A stretch of DNA of 62,406 nucleotides from the NCBI GenBank assembly GCA_045627805.1, contig JAZQOJ010000178.1, forward strand, positions 1 to 62,406. Reading direction: 5' to 3'. How positions within the stretch are numbered: the stretch's first letter is position 1; every line of letters begins with the position of its first letter. Origin of the DNA: Bacteroidales bacterium. Lineage in GTDB: Bacteria > Bacteroidota > Bacteroidia > Bacteroidales > WCHB1-69. A program made the position numbers and the translations under genes. Shown piece by piece: positions 27,634 to 35,147 of the stretch. Under the pieces are notes generated by a model. The model was not told the origin of the DNA and searched no databases. It saw only the letters and a program-made list of their open reading frames with translations.

Positions 27634-28344
27634 TTATTCCATATTGGTGAAAACGTTGGTAACGTCTTCATCTTCTTCAATTTTTTCAAGAAGTTTATCG
27701 ATTTCTTCGCGTTGCTCGTCGGTGACGGCTTTCATCACGTTAGGAATTCTTTCGAACTTGAAGCTTTTGATTTCGAAGGAGTTGTCTTCAAAATATTTTT
27801 GCATTGGGCCGAAGCTTTGGAATTCGCCGTAGGCAACGATCTCGTCGCCGTCTTCAAAGATTTCCTCGCAGCCGCAGTCAATGAGTTCGAGTTCAAGTTC
27901 TTCAACGTCAACGCCGTCTTTTTTGCAAACCACGAAACTGCATTTTCTATCGAAGATGAAGTCGTGCATATTGGAGTTGCCGAGGGTTCCGCCGAGTTTG
28001 TTGAAATAGCTGCGGAGGTTGGCAACGGTGCGCTGATTGTTATCGGTAGCGGTTTCGATGACGATGGCTACGCCGTAAGGGGCGGTACCCGCGAAAACGA
28101 TTTCCTTGTAGTCGGAGGTATCTTTCTCGAAAGCGCGTTTGATAGCACGGTCAACGTTGTCTTTCGGCATATTTTCCGAGCGTGCGTTCTGGATGAGAAG
28201 ACGGAGCTTGGCGTTGGAGTTCGGGTCCGGACCGCCAGCTTTTGCTGCCATTGTGATTTCTTTTCCCAGACGGGTAAACACGCGTGCCATGTTACCCCAT
28301 CTCTTTAATTTTCTTGCTTTTCTATATTCAAATGCTCGACCCAT
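27634..28344 (-). CDS. yebC: YebC/PmpR family protein
   Basis: Likely start MGRAFEYRKARK; GGPDPNSN, NMPKDNVDRAI, TDNNQRT and DEDVTNVFTN. Confidence 0.92.
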   Translation of the reverse strand: MGRAFEYRKARKLKRWGNMARVFTRLGKEITMAAKAGGPDPNSNAKLRLLIQNARSENMPKDNVDRAIKRAFEKDTSDYKEIVFAGTAPYGVAIVIETATDNNQRTVANLRSYFNKLGGTLGNSNMHDFIFDRKCSFVVCKKDGVDVEELELELIDCGCEEIFEDGDEIVAYGEFQSFGPMQKYFEDNSFEIKSFKFERIPNVMKAVTDEQREEIDKLLEKIEEDEDVTNVFTNME

Positions 28345-28408
28345 ATATGTAAGTTTTAGTTTTGTAAAAATCGGCTGCAAATTTACATTTTTTTTCCGAG
28401 AAAATGGC

Positions 28409-28416
28409 TATCTTTG
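28409..28416 (+). promoter_or_regulatory. -7 element of a divergent promoter pair (opposite-strand element at 28378-28385 serves yebC)
   Basis: TATCTTTG on +, and CAAATTTA (TAAATTTG on -). Confidence 0.55.
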
Positions 28417-28434
28417 CACGCAAATTTGGAAACA

Positions 28435-28911
28435 ATGCGAAAGATTTTAATTCTATTTTTGAACTTTTGGGTAATGATGTTATATGCGGGCTTTGCGCAG
28501 TCGAATGATGGGAATGGAGGCGGCGCCGTGCGCATTGGTTTTGGCTCGGATTCGGAGTATGTGGAACCGCGCACCTTGTCGGGCGATGACCCAGCAGTTC
28601 CCCCGAAACCGCATCGCACTTTTCATACCAATAGCGTAACTTTGAACAAAATTTTGGATGCGACTTGGGATTTTGAGGAAATGAATAAAGTTCTGGAAAA
28701 ACTGAAAAGTTCGCAAAAAGTAGTGGTCTCAGAAGATGGTGAGTGTGGGGCGTGTTTTGCGATTGTTTATAACTTTTCCACCAAAGAGGTGGTTGCAGTT
28801 ATGGATAAGGGAAGTGGGAAACGTATGAATTTGCTTTCTAATAAGTTTGAAACCAACGACTTATATGATAATGAGTCTTTTGGATTCATTTTGTTCGAAT
28901 TGAACGAATAA
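28435..28911 (+). CDS. Hypothetical exported protein
   Basis: ATG at 28435 followed by a signal-peptide-like segment (MRKILILFL...AGFAQ), downstream of a promoter motif. No family recognised. Confidence 0.6.
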   Translation: MRKILILFLNFWVMMLYAGFAQSNDGNGGGAVRIGFGSDSEYVEPRTLSGDDPAVPPKPHRTFHTNSVTLNKILDATWDFEEMNKVLEKLKSSQKVVVSEDGECGACFAIVYNFSTKEVVAVMDKGSGKRMNLLSNKFETNDLYDNESFGFILFELNE

Positions 28912-28952
28912 AAAGTTATCAACAAGTCTTGAAATGGGGGGTGCGTTGATAG

Positions 28953-28960
28953 TATCTTTG
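28953..28960 (+). promoter_or_regulatory. -7 element upstream of comM
   Basis: TATCTTTG, about 30 bp before the ATG. Confidence 0.55.
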
Positions 28961-28989
28961 CGGCAATTCTAATTGCAAAACTCAAAGAT

Positions 28990-30531
28990 ATGCTCATACG
29001 AACTCATAGTTGCGCCCTGATGGGTGTTGCTGCCATTCCCATCACAGTTGAAGTAAATGTAGAAATCGGTGTCGGTTATTTCTTGGTCGGGTTGCCCGAT
29101 AGTGCGATTAAAGAGAGTCAGCACAGAATTGATACGGCCTTAAGGAATTACAATCTAAGGATTCCCGTACGCAAAATCATTATTAATATGGCTCCTGCGG
29201 ATATTCGCAAGGAAGGAGCTTCGTTTGATTTGACGTTGGCGATAGGAATTCTGGTGGCTTCGGGGCAGATTAACGGAGCGGAAATCGTGGAGGATTATTA
29301 CATAATGGGCGAACTTTCGCTGGATGGCTCGTTGCAGTCGGTGAAGGGGGCCTTGCCGATGGCGATAGAGGCGAAGCGACGCGGCAAGCGAGGCGTGATT
29401 TTGCCGATTCAGAATGCGCGTGAAGCGGCCATTGTGGATGGAATTGAGATACTTGGAGCAGAGAACATTAAGCAGGTCATTGACTTTTTTAATGAAGGGA
29501 TTCCCATAGAACCGACCACGATTGACATCAAAGACGAGTTTCAAAAAAGTTTGAACAATTACGAATACGATTTTTCTGATGTAAAGGGGCAGGAGAACAT
29601 CAAGCGGGCACTGGAGATCGCTGCGGCTGGAGGTCACAACGTGATTTTGATTGGTCCCCCAGGTTCCGGAAAGACTATGCTGGCCAAGCGGTTGCCCTCA
29701 GTGTTGCCACCGTTGACGTTGGACGAGGCGTTGGAGACTACTAAGATTCACTCGGTGGCGGGCAAGATGAGTCGCTATGCTTCCTTGATTTGCGTCAGGC
29801 CCTTCCGCGCGCCACATCACACGATTTCGGATGTGGCGTTAGTGGGAGGCGGGCAGCATCCGCAGCCGGGAGAGATTTCTTTGGCGCATAATGGAGTGCT
29901 GTTTTTGGATGAGTTGACCGAGATGAATCGCGCCACGCTGGAGGTCCTCCGCCAGCCGTTGGAAGACCGCTGCATTACCATTTCTCGTTCTAAGTACTCG
30001 GTTGATTTCCCTGCTTCGTTTATGCTGATTGCGGCAATGAATCCGTGCCCGTGCGGAAATTACAACAATCCGAAAATTCCTTGCACTTGCCCGCCAGGTG
30101 TGGTGCAAAAGTATTTGGCGAAAATTTCGGGCCCACTTCTTGATCGAATTGATCTGCACGTGGAGGTGAAGCCGCTCAGTAACGATGAACTTCTCACCAA
30201 GGCCAAAGGGGAGCCGAGTGCGGTGGTGAGAGAACGAGTGGTTCGGGCTCGCAACATACAGGCGGAACGCTATAAAGATTGTCCTGACGTGCATTGCAAC
30301 GCCCAAGTGAACACCAAGTTGTTCCATCAGTATTGCGTGATTGACGAGGGGTGCAAGGCGTTGATGAAGACAGCGATGGATCGACTTGGCCTTTCCGCTC
30401 GTGCGTATGACCGGATTCTGAAGGTGGCACGCACCATTGCCGATCTTGACGGAAGCCCGAACATCAACTCCGATCATCTGTCGGAAGCAATTAATTTCAG
30501 AAGTTTGGACCGCGATAGCTGGGGCCGGTAA
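28990..30531 (+). CDS. comM: YifB/ComM Mg-chelatase-like AAA+ ATPase
   Basis: VGLPD..IKES, INMAPADIRKEG, GPPGSGKT, RPFRAPHH, GEISLAHNGVLFLDE, MNPCPCG, SGPLLDRID and SARAYDRILKVARTIADL. The frame is intact. Confidence 0.95.
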   Translation: MLIRTHSCALMGVAAIPITVEVNVEIGVGYFLVGLPDSAIKESQHRIDTALRNYNLRIPVRKIIINMAPADIRKEGASFDLTLAIGILVASGQINGAEIVEDYYIMGELSLDGSLQSVKGALPMAIEAKRRGKRGVILPIQNAREAAIVDGIEILGAENIKQVIDFFNEGIPIEPTTIDIKDEFQKSLNNYEYDFSDVKGQENIKRALEIAAAGGHNVILIGPPGSGKTMLAKRLPSVLPPLTLDEALETTKIHSVAGKMSRYASLICVRPFRAPHHTISDVALVGGGQHPQPGEISLAHNGVLFLDELTEMNRATLEVLRQPLEDRCITISRSKYSVDFPASFMLIAAMNPCPCGNYNNPKIPCTCPPGVVQKYLAKISGPLLDRIDLHVEVKPLSNDELLTKAKGEPSAVVRERVVRARNIQAERYKDCPDVHCNAQVNTKLFHQYCVIDEGCKALMKTAMDRLGLSARAYDRILKVARTIADLDGSPNINSDHLSEAINFRSLDRDSWGR

Positions 30532-30755
30532 AATTGGTGGAAGGGGTCAGCATACGTTGTCACTTGCTCCACTTATCTTGACCGTAGATGCAGCTCCCCA
30601 CCTGAAAACAATACTTCGCAACCATACACTGGTTGGCGACGACAAACCACATATAGGCTGCGACAATGTTAGTCGCTTGGTTGTAATGAAGAATAGAATA
30701 GTATCAATGGTTGCACTATTGGTATTCAGTTAATTACAATTCTATTAAAATGGAT

Positions 30756-30792
30756 AGGGATAACCCAAACAACAAGTTATCCCTGTTTTTTT
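30756..30792 (+). terminator. Probable intrinsic terminator in the spacer after comM
   Basis: agggataac-(11 nt)-gttatccct followed by G and T7. Confidence 0.6.
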
Positions 30793-30833
30793 ACATAATA
30801 TCCCACTTTACAGAAATTCGGCTTTGGCGATTG

Positions 30834-30841
30834 TATTTTTG
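30834..30841 (+). promoter_or_regulatory. -7 element upstream of the two small island genes
   Basis: TATTTTTG, about 42 bp before the ATG at 30884. Confidence 0.5.
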
Positions 30842-30883
30842 CTCCATCATTTTTGAAAAATAAAACAAAAAAAAGAGCAAGTT

Positions 30884-31174
30884 ATGATCCATACTAGAAA
30901 TTTCCATCTAACCGATCATTTCCTCTACCGCAAATGGGACAGAGGAGTAGAAGATTCCACAATCAATGCCATTATACGTTATGTCTCCACAGAAAGCGAG
31001 GAACAAACCATAATAGCTTTCCCGTGGTTTTTGCGTAATCATGGAGAGAAAACCCAGAACTGCTTGGTGGTAATCTTCAAAGAAAGGAATATCGTCACCA
31101 CCTATTGGCGAACCATGGAAGAAATCTTGTTCAATAGGTTCCACGCTGATAATATCAGAACTTTAATTAAGTAG
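30884..31174 (+). CDS. Small protein resembling DUF4258 / BECR-fold ribonuclease toxins
   Basis: N-terminal LTDHF..R..DRGV....I pattern and C-terminal LVVIF....IVTTYW pattern. Similarity judged by eye. Confidence 0.5.
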   Translation: MIHTRNFHLTDHFLYRKWDRGVEDSTINAIIRYVSTESEEQTIIAFPWFLRNHGEKTQNCLVVIFKERNIVTTYWRTMEEILFNRFHADNIRTLIK

Positions 31175-31196
31175 CAACCATTTAAATATCAAGACT

Positions 31197-31607
31197 ATGG
31201 AAGCCACAGACAAAAAAATCATTTTGAAATTGCAAGGCAGAAAAAAGTATACAACAAGCGTAAGCGATATTGTATGCATTGAATCCATCCCATACAATAG
31301 CAATAATAAGATTATTTATTTCAAAGTCCATAGGGCGGAAGTACTGGTTAATTTCTCGGCGAGCAAAGACATCGCAGGAAAGCTTCAGCTTACCGATGGC
31401 GAATTGGTGGAGGTCGGTCGAGGCGTCTGGGTCAACGCTGAGCAAGTAAAAAAATGGCTCAAAGAACACCGACATCTTCATTGGAAAAACGGGGCTAGTA
31501 TAAACGTGAATGTGAGAAATGCGAATGGAGCTGTAGAGGAAAATCACAAGTGTTTTATCAGTCGGGCAGCCTTCGGAAGAATCAAAAAACTTGAACGATG
31601 CGCATAA
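31197..31607 (+). CDS. Stand-alone LytTR-like DNA-binding domain protein
   Basis: VSDIVCIES...IIYF...LVEVGRGVWVN..QV...LHWKNG pattern matches the LytTR consensus. No receiver domain. Confidence 0.6.
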   Translation: MEATDKKIILKLQGRKKYTTSVSDIVCIESIPYNSNNKIIYFKVHRAEVLVNFSASKDIAGKLQLTDGELVEVGRGVWVNAEQVKKWLKEHRHLHWKNGASINVNVRNANGAVEENHKCFISRAAFGRIKKLERCA

Positions 31608-31718
31608 AATTCACCACTCGTTCCCCATTGAAAAACAATCAAATACAATCTCGTGTTAAGATGCTGTAGAAAATATGAATGTACCATATGACTGTTGCCC
31701 CATGTTTATGCTCTTATG

Positions 31719-31731
31719 TGACATTTTGTCA
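31719..31731. promoter_or_regulatory. Palindromic operator-like site TGACA-N3-TGTCA upstream of nrdG
   Basis: tgacattttgtca, about 140 bp before the nrdG ATG. Confidence 0.35.
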
Positions 31732-31868
31732 GTACAATTTACCATGGCATCGTTTGTGTTGAGTATCAACAATTATCACTATGATAGACCTTTCAAGATT
31801 CAATTCAATTATCAATCATTTAACCTCCATTAATTCAAAAGAAGGATATTTTCAATAATACTTTGAAT

Positions 31869-32309
31869 ATGAAAATCTATTACAATTCAATTAAAGAAAA
31901 CCCATCGCTGGTGGATGGGCCAGGCTACAGAACTGTAGTCTTCTTACAAGGATGCGACCTGCATTGCAAAAATTGCCAAAACCAAGGAACCTGGAGCCCG
32001 GAGTCTGGTCACTCGGTAGATGTCAAAGATTTAGCTCAATTAATAAGGGAACATAGTTTCAACAAAAAAATCACTATCAGCGGCGGAGAACCGCTCTTGC
32101 AAAAAGCCGCCCTGTTAGAGCTGATCAATGAATTGCAAGGATACAATATCTGTTTGTATACAGGCCACCAAATTGAGGATGTTTCCCAAGAAATTTTAAA
32201 CAAAATCCACTACATAAAATATGGCCCTTTTAAGGAAAGTTTGAAAACAAGTACAATGCCATTTGTCGGTTCAAGTAATCAAATTTTTAAAGCAATAAAC
32301 CATGAATAG
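31869..32309 (+). CDS. nrdG: Anaerobic ribonucleotide reductase activating enzyme (radical SAM)
   Basis: SLVDGPGYRTVVFLQGC, CxxxCxxC (CDLHCKNC), ISGGEP, YTG and GSSNQ. Overlaps nrdD by 8 bp. Alternative TTG start at 31863. Confidence 0.92.
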   Translation: MKIYYNSIKENPSLVDGPGYRTVVFLQGCDLHCKNCQNQGTWSPESGHSVDVKDLAQLIREHSFNKKITISGGEPLLQKAALLELINELQGYNICLYTGHQIEDVSQEILNKIHYIKYGPFKESLKTSTMPFVGSSNQIFKAINHE

Positions 32310-33999
32310 TCAAGAAAAAAATGACAATGCGGCTAACCGTAAAAGTTACGTCGGCCACATTTACAATGATGGCGAAAAACTCACTAAAGAAGAGATATTG
32401 AATTCGTTGTCCCCTCAGTGGGCCGAATTGCATAGGAAAGGATACATCCATATCCACGACTTGGATGCATACGGTCTCACTTACAACTGCCTGACCTTTG
32501 ACATTCAAAAGAAGTTCCCCTATGAATCTTTTATGGGAATGTCAACTGTCAAAAAAATTACCGGTGTATTCAGCTTCCTTCAAGAATTGTTTGCCAAAAT
32601 CGGCAACGAACAAAGTGGCGGAATGTCTTTGGCCAACTTTGACAATGATATGGCAGACATTTTTACGAAACTACAGGTCGATTACCGGGGAAATGAGGAA
32701 ATCTTTCAAGCTGCTGTGAGGAATATGATTCTGTGGTGCAATAACACACACACAAGAATGGGGCAAACAAGCTACTATGTTTCATTCAACATCGGCCTTG
32801 CCGACAATGATTTTGCACGCTTTCTGGCTTATACACTGATTGATGAATTCTATCAAGCCGGGAACTTGGTTTACAAACCGAATATCATATTCAAAGTTGC
32901 TGGTGGCGTCAATAGATTCCCCGATGACCGAAATTATGATTTGCTGTTGAAAGCGCTGGAATGCACTGGCAAAAAGATGATTCCGACTTATTTGCTCTGC
33001 GATTGCGAAATGGACAAAATAATAGATCCGGCATTATTGTCCATTATGGGCTGCAGAACGAGAGTAGTTGACGATTTGTACGGAAAAACGGGCGCCATCG
33101 GGAGAAGCAATGTCGACAACATTTCAATTAACCTGCCGAGATTGGCCTTAGAAGTTGAAAAAGATTTTCCGGCTATTCCAGTAGAAGCCAAGTATGAAGA
33201 ATTGAAACGCAAATGGTTGGCTGTCGCAGAAACCACCAAGGACATTTTGCTGGATCGTTATGAGAAAACTTGTAAATGCGAATCAGCTTGGTTCCCAACG
33301 AATAAGCAATACAATTTGTGGTGTGATGATGTGGAAAAAGTGGGAGTTGAAGGCATCTTGAAACATGGCACCTTGTCCATCGGATTCATCGGCCTGAGTG
33401 AAATGCTGGAAGTATTGTTCTATGGAAAATTCTGGGAAAAGGAAGAAATCTATCGCTATGCCGAGGACTTCTTGCAATTTATGAGGGGATATGTTGATGA
33501 ACAAAAGGAAAAATATCATTTGAATTTCTCACTCTTGGCTACAAGTGGCGAACTTATCAGTGGAAGATTTGTGGAATTGGATAAAAAGGAAGGTTTCACG
33601 TCTCCCATTATGGAAAAGGGATTTTATACCAATTCATTCCATGTTGAAGTGGACAGCAAACTTGTGGCGTGGAAGAAAATTCAGCAAGAGGGACCTTTCC
33701 ATAAGTATTGCAACGGTGGTTGTATCACCTATGTTGAACTGGAAGAAGCACCCATTGGAAATCCTGAAGGCCTGCTGGAACTGATTGAAGTGGCTGTGAC
33801 TGCAGGCGTACATTATTTGGGTTTCAATTTCAATAAAGATGTCTGCAACAATTGCGGAGAAAGCGGAATTTTTGATGTGTGCCCTTGCTGTGGCAGCCAC
33901 GACATCACTCGAATCAGAAGAGTGAGTGGTTATCTTGAAATTGTAGACGGCTTTACATCCGGTAAAAAAAATGAAGTGAGAAATAGAAAATCAAATTAA
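32302..33999 (+). CDS. nrdD: Class III (anaerobic) ribonucleoside-triphosphate reductase, short form lacking an ATP cone
   Basis: IHIHDLD, YNC, NEQSGG, finger-loop MGCR, SINLPR, SIGFIGL, YTNSFH, Zn ribbon CNNC...CPCC and glycyl-radical motif RRVSGYL. 565 aa. Confidence 0.9.
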   Translation: MNSQEKNDNAANRKSYVGHIYNDGEKLTKEEILNSLSPQWAELHRKGYIHIHDLDAYGLTYNCLTFDIQKKFPYESFMGMSTVKKITGVFSFLQELFAKIGNEQSGGMSLANFDNDMADIFTKLQVDYRGNEEIFQAAVRNMILWCNNTHTRMGQTSYYVSFNIGLADNDFARFLAYTLIDEFYQAGNLVYKPNIIFKVAGGVNRFPDDRNYDLLLKALECTGKKMIPTYLLCDCEMDKIIDPALLSIMGCRTRVVDDLYGKTGAIGRSNVDNISINLPRLALEVEKDFPAIPVEAKYEELKRKWLAVAETTKDILLDRYEKTCKCESAWFPTNKQYNLWCDDVEKVGVEGILKHGTLSIGFIGLSEMLEVLFYGKFWEKEEIYRYAEDFLQFMRGYVDEQKEKYHLNFSLLATSGELISGRFVELDKKEGFTSPIMEKGFYTNSFHVEVDSKLVAWKKIQQEGPFHKYCNGGCITYVELEEAPIGNPEGLLELIEVAVTAGVHYLGFNFNKDVCNNCGESGIFDVCPCCGSHDITRIRRVSGYLEIVDGFTSGKKNEVRNRKSN

Positions 34000-34009
34000 C
34001 ATCAACATT

Positions 34010-34582
34010 ATGAAATATTACATTTCAGATTTGCACTTTGAAGACCAAAGAGTCTTTAAAAAATGTTCAAAAGAGCGTTATTTCAAGGATTTGAACGAGT
34101 ATGCGGAAAAAATTATCGAGAATTGGAACCGAGTAGTGAACGATACAGATGAAGTCTATATACTGGGTGACATTGCCGAGGACCATTTTGAGAAAGTCGT
34201 AAGTGTACTTAAGCAATTAAAAGGCCAAAAACATCTTATTGTGGGGAATCACGACATTCCGTTACGGGAATTGTTTGAAAAATCAGGCATCTTCCTGTCT
34301 GTCCAGGACAATTTACTGATTGAAGACGACAACAGAAAAGTCCACTTATCTCACTATCCTTTAATGGATTGGATGGAATTTAGCCGGGATGGATATTTGA
34401 TATATGGGCATATACACAACAAAACACCAGAACAAAATCCAGCGTACAGGCAAATAAAAGAGTATTATGCTGACAAGTTGGCATTCAACGCAAGTTGCGA
34501 TGTAATCGGTTACGTACCAAGAACTTTAGATGAATTAATCAACCTTAAAAAACAAAATGCAAATGAAACATTTATCAATTGA
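34010..34582 (+). CDS. Calcineurin-like metallophosphoesterase (phage-associated type)
   Basis: SDLHF, NWN..V...D.VYILGD, GNHD, SHYP and YGHIH motifs. Confidence 0.88.
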   Translation: MKYYISDLHFEDQRVFKKCSKERYFKDLNEYAEKIIENWNRVVNDTDEVYILGDIAEDHFEKVVSVLKQLKGQKHLIVGNHDIPLRELFEKSGIFLSVQDNLLIEDDNRKVHLSHYPLMDWMEFSRDGYLIYGHIHNKTPEQNPAYRQIKEYYADKLAFNASCDVIGYVPRTLDELINLKKQNANETFIN

Positions 34583-35147
34583 GGGTATGGATGGCATTGG
34601 GAAGTCCACCACCTGTGAATTGTTATCCCAAAAATTGGTTTTTACATTTGTTGAAAAACCATTACACTTGTTGTTCGACAAATCCCCTGATCGTATTGAT
34701 GAATACATCCGTATCAGAGATCAGGTGAACGCCAACCCAAACAGAGATTTTACATCATGGTTCTATGGACTTGGAAGCCTGTATATGTATAATAAGTATC
34801 AAAATGAGAATATTGTAACCGACCGTCACCTCGCCTCCAACTATGCTTGGAGTGGAACTGAAAACAACAAGGATGTGTACCAACTTTTATTGAAAAAACT
34901 GGGCAAACCGCAATTGACTGTTATTCTGAAAGCTTCCGAAGAAACCGTTTTGGCAAGATTGAAAAAAAGAGATTCAGAAGACAGCGACATTAATAAGGTG
35001 CATAAAACGGCAATGATTTGTAACAGAATGATTGAATTCTGTGAGGAATATGAATTGCCTTATATGGTGGTGGATTCAAGTGATTTAACCCCAGAAGAAG
35101 TGGTAGAAAAAATTATAGAAAAATGGAATACGATATGCGAGGAATAA
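34563..35147 (+). CDS. Thymidylate-kinase-like P-loop nucleoside monophosphate kinase
   Basis: SIEGMDGIGKSTT P-loop, VTDRH.AS (DRX motif) and LID-like ARLKKR. Overlaps both neighbours. Confidence 0.82.
   Translation: MKHLSIEGMDGIGKSTTCELLSQKLVFTFVEKPLHLLFDKSPDRIDEYIRIRDQVNANPNRDFTSWFYGLGSLYMYNKYQNENIVTDRHLASNYAWSGTENNKDVYQLLLKKLGKPQLTVILKASEETVLARLKKRDSEDSDINKVHKTAMICNRMIEFCEEYELPYMVVDSSDLTPEEVVEKIIEKWNTICEE

Noticed and set aside
30437-30733. 98-aa ORF overlapping the comM 3' end
   Set aside because: Non-ATG start inside comM, no recognisable motif; probably spurious.
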